Source: Nitrospirota bacterium
GTDB lineage: Bacteria; Nitrospirota; UBA9217
Reading direction: 5' to 3'
Assembly (NCBI GenBank): GCA_963663225.1
Contig: OY760142.1
Location: forward strand, 1,184,001 to 1,248,000
DNA: 64,000 nt
Positions 54,972-64,000 of the stretch are shown piece after piece (within the stretch, counting starts at the first letter, position 1; each line of letters opens with the position of its first letter). Below the pieces are notes generated by a model that did no database searches, was not told where the DNA came from, and saw only the letters and a list, made by a program, of their open reading frames with translations. Both the position numbers and the translations under genes were made by a program.

Positions 54972-55418
54972 ATGAATAAGAAGCTGTGGTTTTATGTAAG
55001 CAGTTTGGCAGCATTACTGGCTTTCCTAGCAGGCTGTGTGACTCTCAGCCCACAAGCAAAGCAAATTCAAATAGTAAGGAACTCGCAGGAGGTTTCCGCC
55101 TGTCAACGTATAGGCCCGGTGTCAACAAAAACTATGGCGTGTGTCGATCCCTCCACGTGTATGCGTGCTGCCGCAGCAGAAGGTCGCAATCAAGCTGCTG
55201 CGATGGGTGCAACGCATCTGTTGGTCACCTACAACGGCATTACTATTACTCATGGCGTGTTCGATGGTTTCGCATATCGGTGCGCTGAAGATCGAGTAGG
55301 TGTGCAGAGAATGGAACTGATCACACCCAATCCTACAAACAGTTTCATAGGGTGCACAAAAGACATCGAGTGCAAAGGTGACCGGATATGCGTATCAGGT
55401 CAATGCGTCGCGCCATGA
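54972..55418 (+). CDS. Lipoprotein, DUF4156-like with C-terminal Cys-rich motif
   Basis: GGAGG RBS, lipobox LAGC, RNQAAAMGA, CTKDIECKGDRICVSGQC. Confidence 0.75.
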   Translation: MNKKLWFYVSSLAALLAFLAGCVTLSPQAKQIQIVRNSQEVSACQRIGPVSTKTMACVDPSTCMRAAAAEGRNQAAAMGATHLLVTYNGITITHGVFDGFAYRCAEDRVGVQRMELITPNPTNSFIGCTKDIECKGDRICVSGQCVAP

Positions 55419-55547
55419 GAAGTTCTTACACAGCAAATTAGTCACTTTCACTAGGAGTGAGCGTATTCACGTATTTGTGTTTATTCTGGAACTCAGAACA
55501 ATGCGCTTCAACCGTAAATTTCTTCCCGGCACAAACAAAAAACGGCG

Positions 55548-55599
55548 GGAGAACCAGGAGTTAAAGACCGACCATAGCGGCTTAACTGCCGCATTAGAC
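55548..55599 (+). repeat. Degenerate attC-like site
   Basis: AAC-cagga-GTTAAAG...GCGGCTTAAC-tgccgc-ATTAGAC; L-box pairing retained, R boxes mutated. Confidence 0.45.
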
Positions 55600-55631
55600 A
55601 GAACACAACCTAAACAACAGGAGGTATCGCG

Positions 55632-56003
55632 ATGATCCCTGAAAAACTGCTGGAAATTATGAAACAGGATGGGGTTGTTGCCATTGCGACATTGGGAAAA
55701 GATGGACCGCATATGGTCAACACCTGGAATAGCTACCTCAGAATATCATCAGACGGACGATTGTTTATTCCTGCAGGTTACATGCATAAGACAGAAGCTA
55801 ACATTGCTCACAACCCGAATGTGCTGATTACGCTGGGAAGCAGCAAAGTTAAGGGCTTGCATGGACCAGGTGCCGGTTTCTTGATCAAGGGAAAGGCAGC
55901 CTTCATAACATCCGGACCTGATTTTGATTTCATGAAAGCAAAGTTCAATTGGCTGCGAGCCACCCTAGCGGTAACCATCGATTCAGCTACTCAAACCTGG
56001 TAA
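55632..56003 (+). CDS. FMN-binding split-barrel protein (pyridoxamine 5'-phosphate oxidase family)
   Basis: GVVAIAT, PHMVNTWNSY, PAGYMHKTEAN; similar to Desulfovibrio FMN-binding protein. Confidence 0.88.
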   Translation: MIPEKLLEIMKQDGVVAIATLGKDGPHMVNTWNSYLRISSDGRLFIPAGYMHKTEANIAHNPNVLITLGSSKVKGLHGPGAGFLIKGKAAFITSGPDFDFMKAKFNWLRATLAVTIDSATQTW

Positions 56004-56081
56004 AGGGGAGTGGAAAGTCTATACGTTGCAGTTTCGTGTCTTTGGCAAGCGTGTTGACAAAGGAAGGGAAGAGGGTTTTTA

Positions 56082-58154
56082 ATGAAATTCATATTCCGCC
56101 ATGCGGCAGTGTTTCCACTTCTGTTTTTATTCCTTCTGCCCTCCGGATGCAGCAGCAGTAATTCTAATGCGCGATATAACGCGACAATCGTCGAAGGGCG
56201 CGCCGTAGTGCAGGAGGTTATGGCCGAAACCGGCGCCACGTCGGTTTCCGTCGCTTTGGTGGATAACAACGGAGTCATCTGGTCGGAAGCTTTCGGTAGC
56301 GCAGACCGGGAGGCCAGCCGGAGTGCAACCCCCGCGACCCTGTATGCCGCCTGCTCGGTCAGTAAGATGCTGGCTACGATCTCTGTCATGATTCTTGTGG
56401 ATCGGGGAGACGTATCACTGGAAGATCCGGTCACGACGTACATTCCGGTTTTCACGATGCCATTTGACGGGCGTTACCGTGACATTACGGTCAGAATGCT
56501 TTTAAACCACTCGTCCGGACTTCCTGGAAACGACTCGAGAGGGACCCTCACGGTAAATCCCTTTCCCGGCTATGCCGAGCAGATGATGGCCGGATTACAG
56601 TATCAGAGATTGAAGCACAATCCGGGATTATTCAGCGCGTATAACAACGATGGCTTCACAATGGTTGCCAACCTGGTCAAAGCGGTGACCGGACAGAATT
56701 ATCAGGATTTTGTCCGCGAAAAGATTCTGACCCCGCTGGGTATGAATTCCAGCCGGTATCATATTGAACCTCTGCCCGACGGCTCATACGCCCGGGCCTA
56801 CTCCGGCGATACTAAACTTACGCAATATTACGTCAACGTATACAGCTCGGGCGGTCTGTTTACCACCCCCGAAGAATTATCCCGTCTGGCCACCCTGTTC
56901 ATTAATAACGGCGTTTACGGTACTTCCCGGATTCTTACCGCAAGATCCATCGCCGCCATGGCGCAGGACCAGCGGCTGGGATCTTTTAACCCAGTTTCGT
57001 TTGAAGAAAACCGGTTCGGTTTGGGGTGGGATACGGTTGCGCAGCCGGGTCTCTCGGCGGTGGGCTTTACGGCATGGCAAAAAACAGGCGATATGAGCGG
57101 ATTGTATGGAGCCAATATCGCCGTACTGCCCAATGAGAAACTGGGCGTCGTGGTCATGGGCGCATCCAATCAGTTTGCCTCCAGACACGCCGTGAAAATT
57201 TCGGAGCGCATTCTGCTTCGCGCGCTGGTTGAAAGCGGCCAGCTTTCCGCAATGCCGGCGCAGCTGGCCGGCGCCTCGCTTCCAGTGCAAACCGTCACGG
57301 CGGAGGAGAAAAGCACTTACACGGGATTTTATGCTGCTGGAAGCGGCGCATATCGCCTGAGTTTTGGAGCGGATGACTCCCTCTCGGTATCCGAATATCG
57401 AAGCGACTGGACGCCAAAATATGTAAACTTCAAACTGCGCAGCGACGGCTGGTACGCTGCTGATGACGATCCGTTTACCGCACTGCGCCTGCTCACACGG
57501 GGAGGATATCAATATTTAGCCCTCCGTCTGAAACGGGGAATGGGACATTACAGCGTTGCCTTTCTCTTCGCACAACGCTTAGATAACAGAGCGGCAATCT
57601 CCGCCGCCTGGCAGGCACGGATAGGTGAGGCATGGCTTCCGGTCAACGCCGACCCTTGGTATTTTTTGATCTTGAAAGGCAATGCTATCTTCGGGCTCAG
57701 AACGATCACTGACCTGATCGGTTATTTGTTCGGCAACAAGGTTCTGCGCGACATGACCCCGTCTTCCGACAACCGGCTTGATGGAATGTATCTGACACTG
57801 CCGGACAGCGCAACAGACTTGATGGATGCGGGAATTGAAACCTGGAACAGTGAAAACTGGCTTCGAGTTGGCAGTTATCTCTATCGTCCCCTGTCCGGCC
57901 TGCCGCTTCTTACATCGGGTGCCGGCACCGTGGTGATAGGCAGCGACGGATTCTCCGAATGGCGACGCCTGCCGTCCACAGGTTCACTTTCCGTCAGCCA
58001 GGCCGCCTACTGGTTTGTCTATGATGCCGACTTTAATGAGCTGTCGTCCGGAGTTGGAAGCGGTATGGCGTTTTTTTCCGGAGCCGGAGCCAAATACCTG
58101 CTTTTATGTGGCACAGCGGGAACGGAAATAACGCTTAATCTGACGACACCGTAA
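56082..58154 (+). CDS. Serine hydrolase, beta-lactamase class C/PBP family lipoprotein
   Basis: Lipobox PSGC, SVSK, LLNHSSG, YNN, KTG. Confidence 0.9.
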   Translation: MKFIFRHAAVFPLLFLFLLPSGCSSSNSNARYNATIVEGRAVVQEVMAETGATSVSVALVDNNGVIWSEAFGSADREASRSATPATLYAACSVSKMLATISVMILVDRGDVSLEDPVTTYIPVFTMPFDGRYRDITVRMLLNHSSGLPGNDSRGTLTVNPFPGYAEQMMAGLQYQRLKHNPGLFSAYNNDGFTMVANLVKAVTGQNYQDFVREKILTPLGMNSSRYHIEPLPDGSYARAYSGDTKLTQYYVNVYSSGGLFTTPEELSRLATLFINNGVYGTSRILTARSIAAMAQDQRLGSFNPVSFEENRFGLGWDTVAQPGLSAVGFTAWQKTGDMSGLYGANIAVLPNEKLGVVVMGASNQFASRHAVKISERILLRALVESGQLSAMPAQLAGASLPVQTVTAEEKSTYTGFYAAGSGAYRLSFGADDSLSVSEYRSDWTPKYVNFKLRSDGWYAADDDPFTALRLLTRGGYQYLALRLKRGMGHYSVAFLFAQRLDNRAAISAAWQARIGEAWLPVNADPWYFLILKGNAIFGLRTITDLIGYLFGNKVLRDMTPSSDNRLDGMYLTLPDSATDLMDAGIETWNSENWLRVGSYLYRPLSGLPLLTSGAGTVVIGSDGFSEWRRLPSTGSLSVSQAAYWFVYDADFNELSSGVGSGMAFFSGAGAKYLLLCGTAGTEITLNLTTP

Positions 58155-58217
58155 AAAAAAACTTGATCTTGTATATTTCGAGGAAACAAAACAAAGGGGA
58201 CGATGATATTTAAGTAT

Positions 58218-58261
58218 TTCCCAACCAGGCAATACAACCGATCGCTTCGCTCCGGCTGATT
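58218..58261 (+). repeat. Truncated attC-like site
   Basis: TCCCAAC-caggc-AATACAACCG-atcgcttcgctc-CGGCTGATT with extrahelical base; right GTT box missing. Confidence 0.45.
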
Positions 58262-58267
58262 CCTATA

Positions 58268-59425
58268 TTACAGTGCAATCTGGTTCTTTCGAACCAACCG
58301 GTCTATGATTTTAAATAATTGTCTGATCTCGGCTTTGGTATTGTAAAAATGCGGTGATACGCGAAGACCGCCGCCGCGCACATTGACCATGATCCCCGCT
58401 TCCAGCAGCGCATCTTTCATCTGTACAGGGTCGAAATTTCCGGAAAATGTAATACTGCCACCCCGCTCTGTGCGGGTTTGCGGAGTCAGCATTCGGTAGT
58501 TTCTTTTCTCCGCTTCCTTGAAAATCTCATCACCAAGCTCCAGCACGCGTTGCTCAATATTTTCTATTCCCACTTCGAAAAGAAGGTCCAGAGCAGCTCC
58601 GAGACCCAAAATACCCATGAGATTGAGAGACCCTTCCTCGAAACGCAGGGCATCAGATTTGAGGGAAAAAACCGGCTTCTCAAAATCAAAGTCTGTTTTC
58701 ACTGATTTCCAGCCAATAAGCGGCGGCGTCAATTTTTCAGCCAGTGCGGCCCTGCAGAAAAAAATCCCGATGCCTTCAGGGCCAAGGAGCCATTTATGCG
58801 AATCCGCAGAAAGAAAATCGATGCAATAGTTTTTTACATCCATCGGGATTATGCCCAGGCTTTGGATCGCATCGACACAGAAAAGAACCCCCCTGCTTCT
58901 GCAAAGTTCACCGATTTTTTTCAGATCAGCGCGGTATCCGTTCGTAAACTGCACCGAACTCAGGGACACGAGGCGCGTTCCCGCATCCATCCGGCCCTCC
59001 AAGTCCTCAAGACATATGTATCCGTTGCGGGAGGGAATGATCCTGACGTTCACGCCTTTTCGCTGAACGTGCATCCAGGGATACAGATTTGCGGGGAACT
59101 CCCGTTCATAAACGAGAAGGTTGTCTCCAGGCTTCCAGTCGAGACCTTCCGCCACGATTGACAAACCGTGAGAAGTATTTTTTACGAAGGCAATTTCCTG
59201 CTCCTCTGCATTGACCAGCGCCGCGCATGCTTTTCTGACTTCTGTTATTCGTTGAGACCATTGCGGATAGAAGAAGGCTCCGTTTTTCGATGATTCCGCT
59301 AAAAAAGATTGGACAGCTGTTTTTACCCTGAGAGGGATAGGCGACACCCCCGCATGATCGAAGTAGAGGTGTTTTTTCGTAATCGGGAATTCCTGTCGAT
59401 AGGAGGTGAAGTATCGTTCATTCAT
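58268..59425 (-). CDS. Class V PLP-dependent aminotransferase
   Basis: YFDHAG, VDAIQSLG, DSHKWLLGP, RVSPHFYN. Confidence 0.93.
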   Translation of the reverse strand: MNERYFTSYRQEFPITKKHLYFDHAGVSPIPLRVKTAVQSFLAESSKNGAFFYPQWSQRITEVRKACAALVNAEEQEIAFVKNTSHGLSIVAEGLDWKPGDNLLVYEREFPANLYPWMHVQRKGVNVRIIPSRNGYICLEDLEGRMDAGTRLVSLSSVQFTNGYRADLKKIGELCRSRGVLFCVDAIQSLGIIPMDVKNYCIDFLSADSHKWLLGPEGIGIFFCRAALAEKLTPPLIGWKSVKTDFDFEKPVFSLKSDALRFEEGSLNLMGILGLGAALDLLFEVGIENIEQRVLELGDEIFKEAEKRNYRMLTPQTRTERGGSITFSGNFDPVQMKDALLEAGIMVNVRGGGLRVSPHFYNTKAEIRQLFKIIDRLVRKNQIAL

Positions 59426-59684
59426 GATTTTTGATATACAGCTCCTTTTGTTTGCGTGTTAAGGCTTTCATCGCGTATTCCTTCCTTAATGCTTCAGATT
59501 TTCCGCGGCAGGGCTCCTGAAAAAGAATGCGCACAGGCAGGCGGCTCCGGGTGTAGCGTGAAGCGGTTCCCTCCGAATGCTGCTTCAACCGCCGAGCGAG
59601 GTCGTTTGTAATGCCGGTATACAGCGAGCCGTCATGGCATTTAAGGATATATAGAATCCATTGTTTCGAGGTTTTTTTGTTCAT
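59418..59684 (-). CDS. GIY-YIG nuclease (UPF0213 family)
   Basis: YILKC.DGSLYTGITNDL.RRL..H, EALRKE. Confidence 0.92.
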   Translation of the reverse strand: MNKKTSKQWILYILKCHDGSLYTGITNDLARRLKQHSEGTASRYTRSRLPVRILFQEPCRGKSEALRKEYAMKALTRKQKELYIKNHE

Positions 59685-59801
59685 CGCAGCCTGTTGTGAA
59701 TTTTATAGAATTGAAAACGGTATATCAAGAAGAATCTCAGACCACGCAGGAGAGACCGCATTAGTTGAATTGGCTCTGGCGCTATGTTATATTGTTTTCG
59801 C

Positions 59802-62800
59802 ATGAAAAAATTAGCGGACATAATGCTGCCTGTTGTCAATGATATCCAGGCAGAACGGAAAAGAACAGAGGTTAGCGAGCTCTGGGGGGCGTCAAAAGCC
59901 CTTTTTTTGTTCAGTTTTCAGCGCCTGACAGGCCGTCCCATTGTCATCGTAACGGCTAATGAAGAAGAAGCCGTAACCGTGGCAGAAGATCTCGCTTTTT
60001 TTAAACAGTGTCCAATCCTTCCTCTTGACGAGCATTTTCGGAACAAGGAAGAAAACGTAACCGAACCCCGCGCAGACGCCGGAATCTTTCTGTTCCCTTC
60101 CTGGAGCATTCTTCCCTTCGAAACCGATTCGCCTGACAGCAGAACCGTGGGCGAGCGCATGCGATTTCTATACAACCTGATCACCCGCGCTCCGGGTATC
60201 CACGTGGTTCCTGCTCCCGCGCTCATGCAGAAGCTTCCACCCTGGGAACTCTTTGCAGATGCCGTAAAAACCATTGCTCCGGGGACCGAAAGCGACCCGG
60301 ACAGCATTGTGCAGACGCTCGTGTCTGCCGGTTATGAATCCGCCTCGCTTGTTACGCGGACAGGAGAGTTCAGCAGGCGGGGAGGAATTCTGGATTTTTT
60401 TTCGCCGCTGCACGAAAATCCGGTACGGTTGGAATTCGCGGGCGATGTCGTGGAATCAATACGCGAGTTTGACAACGATACGCAGCGTTCTCATGCGGAA
60501 ATCCGCGGCGCCATCATACTGCCCGTGCGGGAGCTCCTGCTCGGACAGGAACACATTGAACGCTTCGCAAACCGGGTTAACAACGAAGCGCTCATCAATC
60601 AGGTCCGGGATGGAAACCTCCCGCAGGGCGTGGAGTTTCTCGCCCCCTTTTTCTATGACATGGGGACCCTGTTCGACTACCTGCCGGAGGAAAGTCTCTT
60701 TGTGCGCATCGAGCCTGACGACATCAAACAGGCGCTGACGGAAAGAATGCTGAAAATAACCGAAGGCCGGCAGGAAGAAGTCAACGAGGGGCGGCTGCTT
60801 CCCGATGTGCAGGAGATGTACCTTGACCCGGACGGCGTCGAGTCCGGCATGGAACGGTTTTCAGGGGTAGATTTGTTACTGCTCGGCAGCAATGCCGGAC
60901 ATCGCATGGATACAAAATCCGCCGCGTGGCTCGGCATGAAGCTTACCAAACCGCTGGATACGGACCGGGATGCGGCAGGACCTCGTGACGGCACGATGAC
61001 GGCGCTGGTTGAAAAGCTGAAACAGCTGCGCCGGACGAACCGAGTCTGGATCGTCTGCGGCACGGATGAAGCAGCTGCCCGGATCAAAAAACTGTTTCAG
61101 GATTATGACCTCGGCATCCTGCTCGGCCCGGCAAGCGACAACCGGGAGGAAGGCCCCTGGACCGTTACGGCGACAAGCGGCAGGCTCTCCGAAGGGTTTT
61201 CGTGGCCGGACCTCGGAATCACGATTATCACCGAAGAGGAAATATTCGGCAAAAAAGTACACCGCATTGCACCCAGGAAATCGCGCATAACGCCGTTTCT
61301 CTCGACGTTCAAAGAGCTCAAGCCCGGAGATTATGTCGTTCACACGGACTACGGCGTCGGTGAATACCAGGGCCTTACGCACATAAACGTGGATGGTTTT
61401 GAGACCGACTTTCTCGTGCTGCGCTATGAACCGGATGCCAAACTCTATGTCCCGCTGTACAGTCTCGACAAGGTCCAGAAGTACATCGGCGTTGATGGGA
61501 TGCAGCCCAGGCTCGACCGGCTCGGGGCGCCCGCATGGGCGAAAACCAAGGAAAAGGTCAAGAAAGACATCCTCGAGATGGCCCAGGAGCTTGTGGCCAT
61601 TTACGCGGCACGCGAGGCAATGCAGCGTACGGCCTTCTCTCCTCCCGACAACCTGTATCGCGAGTTTGAAGGAGCATTTCCTTTCGAGGAAACGCCGGAT
61701 CAGCAGAAGGCCATTGAAGAGGTCCTTGCTGACATGCAGCGTCCGCGACCGATGGACCGGGTCGTTTGCGGGGATGTGGGATACGGTAAGACGGAAGTGG
61801 CGCTCCGGGCCGCATTCAAAGCTGTGGAGGACGGTTTTCAGGCAGCCGTGCTCGTGCCGACAACGCTGCTTGCGGACCAGCACTGCAGAACGTTCTCCGA
61901 ACGGCTCGCGCCGTTTTCGGCCCGGGTGGAGATGCTTTCACGGTTCCGCACAAGAACAGAACTTAAGGAGACCATCGCAGGTCTCAAGCGCGGCAGCGTG
62001 GACATCGTGATTGGGACACATCGTCTGCTTCAAAAGGATGTTTCGTTCAAAAATCTCGGCCTTCTGGTCGTGGACGAAGAACACAAATTCGGAGTGCGCC
62101 ACAAGGAACGCATCAAGGAGTTCAAAAAGCTGGTGGATGTGCTGACGCTTACCGCCACACCGATCCCCCGGACGCTGCACATGTCGCTTGCGGGTCTGCG
62201 GGATCTTTCCATCATTCAAACCCCGCCGTTGGACCGGCAGGCGATCCAGGTCGTGCTGGCGCGTTTCGGCAAACGGGTGATCCGGGAGGCCATTCTGCGC
62301 GAGCTTGAACGGAACGGCCAGGTTTTCTTCGTGCATAACCGCGTACAGGGCATCGAACGAATGGCGGCATTTGTCCAAAACCTTGTACCGGAGGCGAAAG
62401 TCGGAATCGCCCATGGACAAATGGGAGATGAGGAAATCGAGGACGTGATGTCGCGGTTTATTCACGGCGCGCTGAACGTGCTGGTGACCACAACCATCAT
62501 CGAATCCGGCATTGATATTCCGACCGCGAATTCCATAATCATAAACCGCGCTGACCGCTTCGGCCTCGCCGACCTGTACCAGATCAAAGGCAGGGTCGGC
62601 AGAAGCCGGGAAAAGGCCTACGCATACCTGCTTACGCCGTCCGACGAATTGCTTTCGGACACGGCGCGCAAACGGCTCAGGGCAATTCAGGAGCTTTCCG
62701 AACTCGGAGCAGGCTTCCGCATCGCGGCACAGGATCTGGAAACGCGCGGAGCCGGGAATTTGCTCGGCAAGCAGCAGTCGGGCCACATTGCTGCGGTGGG

Positions 62801-63305
62801 GATCGACCTTTACACCCAGATGATGGAAGAGGCCATGGCAGAACAGCGCGGCGAAACGTTCGAAACGAAACCGGACACGCTCATCAACCTGCGCGCATCG
62901 GCGTTTATTCCGGAGGATTACATCAATGATGTCAGCCTGCGGCTTGCCGCTTATAAGGAAATCGCGGGCGAAACGGACGAGTCCGGCCTCGCCGCCATCA
63001 GAGAAGAGCTGCAGGACCGGTACGGCAGACTGCCCGAACCGGTGGAGAACCTAATCGAGATCATGAGCGTCAAATGCATCGCCCGCCGCGCTTCCGTGGC
63101 AAGAATCGACGCTGCGAAAGAGTTCGTCAATATAACCTTTGCCGAGCATGCTGCCGTTGCGCCGGAGAAGGTCATGTCGCTGCTTAAAAAGAACAAAAAC
63201 CGGATCAAATTAATTCCTGAATACACGCTCCAGATTGCACTGCCCGATCAATCGCTTGCAACGGCATCCAACGCCGTGAAAAAGTGCTTGCAGGACCTGT
63301 TGTAA
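59802..63305 (+). CDS. mfd: Transcription-repair coupling factor
   Basis: UvrB-homology, RID, GDVGYGKT, DEEH, TATPIPRT, TRCF domain. Confidence 0.98.
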   Translation: MKKLADIMLPVVNDIQAERKRTEVSELWGASKALFLFSFQRLTGRPIVIVTANEEEAVTVAEDLAFFKQCPILPLDEHFRNKEENVTEPRADAGIFLFPSWSILPFETDSPDSRTVGERMRFLYNLITRAPGIHVVPAPALMQKLPPWELFADAVKTIAPGTESDPDSIVQTLVSAGYESASLVTRTGEFSRRGGILDFFSPLHENPVRLEFAGDVVESIREFDNDTQRSHAEIRGAIILPVRELLLGQEHIERFANRVNNEALINQVRDGNLPQGVEFLAPFFYDMGTLFDYLPEESLFVRIEPDDIKQALTERMLKITEGRQEEVNEGRLLPDVQEMYLDPDGVESGMERFSGVDLLLLGSNAGHRMDTKSAAWLGMKLTKPLDTDRDAAGPRDGTMTALVEKLKQLRRTNRVWIVCGTDEAAARIKKLFQDYDLGILLGPASDNREEGPWTVTATSGRLSEGFSWPDLGITIITEEEIFGKKVHRIAPRKSRITPFLSTFKELKPGDYVVHTDYGVGEYQGLTHINVDGFETDFLVLRYEPDAKLYVPLYSLDKVQKYIGVDGMQPRLDRLGAPAWAKTKEKVKKDILEMAQELVAIYAAREAMQRTAFSPPDNLYREFEGAFPFEETPDQQKAIEEVLADMQRPRPMDRVVCGDVGYGKTEVALRAAFKAVEDGFQAAVLVPTTLLADQHCRTFSERLAPFSARVEMLSRFRTRTELKETIAGLKRGSVDIVIGTHRLLQKDVSFKNLGLLVVDEEHKFGVRHKERIKEFKKLVDVLTLTATPIPRTLHMSLAGLRDLSIIQTPPLDRQAIQVVLARFGKRVIREAILRELERNGQVFFVHNRVQGIERMAAFVQNLVPEAKVGIAHGQMGDEEIEDVMSRFIHGALNVLVTTTIIESGIDIPTANSIIINRADRFGLADLYQIKGRVGRSREKAYAYLLTPSDELLSDTARKRLRAIQELSELGAGFRIAAQDLETRGAGNLLGKQQSGHIAAVGIDLYTQMMEEAMAEQRGETFETKPDTLINLRASAFIPEDYINDVSLRLAAYKEIAGETDESGLAAIREELQDRYGRLPEPVENLIEIMSVKCIARRASVARIDAAKEFVNITFAEHAAVAPEKVMSLLKKNKNRIKLIPEYTLQIALPDQSLATASNAVKKCLQDLL

Positions 63306-63384
63306 GTGTGTTATAAGAACCACACTGCACGATACAGTCATGAAACAAAACCGTGACTATAAAAAGAGTGGAGGATATCGCTAC

Positions 63385-64000
63385 ATGACAACCATTTATA
63401 GAGCATTGAGTGTTTTCGTCATCGCACTGGCCGTTCTGCTGCCGGGCTGCAATAAAGGATCCGACAGTGCCGTCCTGGCGAAAATAAACAGGGAGAAAAT
63501 CACTGTTGCTGATTTCAAAAAACAATATGATGATCTGGCCCCGCAGCTGCAGGAGGCCGTGGCCGCCGACCCCAAAATGCGCAAGGACTATATCGAAGAC
63601 CTTATCGGCATTGAGCTGGTGATCCAGGAAGCAAAAAAGCAGGGACTCGACAAGGACGCGGAATTCGTAAAGAACATGGACGCACGGAAGAAAAAAATCG
63701 AGGAGTTCAAAAAACAGCTTGACCAGCAGAAAAAGCAGCTCGATGAACAGCTGCAAACCGCAACCCGGGACGAGCTCTTTAACAGCATGCTGAAAAAAGA
63801 TCTGAGCGAAAAACTGAACAGCCTGCCGGCGCCGACCGACAAGGAGGCACTGGATTTCTACAACAAGAACAAGGATAAAATCCGCACGCCGGACGGCAAG
63901 CAGATCAGTTTTAAGGACGTAGCGCCGCAGATAAAAATGCGGCTCATCCAGGAGAAACAACGTCCGATCTATATTGAATACACCAAGAATCTGAGAGCCA
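63385..64000 (+). CDS. SurA/PrsA N-terminal-domain lipoprotein (runs off window)
   Basis: Not in ORF track; GGAGG RBS, lipobox LPGC, VLAKINREKIT, LVIQEAKKQGLDK; typical position after mfd. Confidence 0.85.
   Translation, partial: MTTIYRALSVFVIALAVLLPGCNKGSDSAVLAKINREKITVADFKKQYDDLAPQLQEAVAADPKMRKDYIEDLIGIELVIQEAKKQGLDKDAEFVKNMDARKKKIEEFKKQLDQQKKQLDEQLQTATRDELFNSMLKKDLSEKLNSLPAPTDKEALDFYNKNKDKIRTPDGKQISFKDVAPQIKMRLIQEKQRPIYIEYTKNLRA

Overview
Origin-proximal window of an anaerobic Gram-negative bacterium, probably Nitrospirota or Desulfobacterota (inferred from gene content). Most of it is housekeeping: mglAB, porCDAB, dnaX/ybaB/recR, ffs, serS with four tRNA-Ser, gyrAB, dnaN, dnaA, oriC, rpmH-rnpA-yidD-yidC, purL, parAB with two parS sites, rsmG-mnmG-mnmE, pgi and mfd. 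Three accessory regions stand out. (1) A ~5.6 kb AT-rich element (1717-7349) is integrated in the 3' end of tRNA-Asn. It carries a large serine recombinase whose C-terminus is swapped by integration, a Rep_trans/MOBT-type relaxase with a nic-like hairpin, and a cargo module: a MerR-like regulator, a putative ~95-nt sRNA, an unannotated 39-aa Arg-rich peptide, an internal terminator and a 328-aa unknown protein. This module is a candidate regulated defence/toxin system. (2) An [FeFe]-hydrogenase cluster with DRTGG/PHP/kinase accessory genes splits ybaB from recR, and RecR is fused in frame to an anti-sigma-type kinase domain; sigma54 and sigma70 promoters lie upstream. (3) A decayed integron-like region at ~54.8-58.3 kb. 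A Clp1/Nol9-like RNA kinase gene also sits between the two parS sites. All calls come from reading motifs by eye; no database searches were run.
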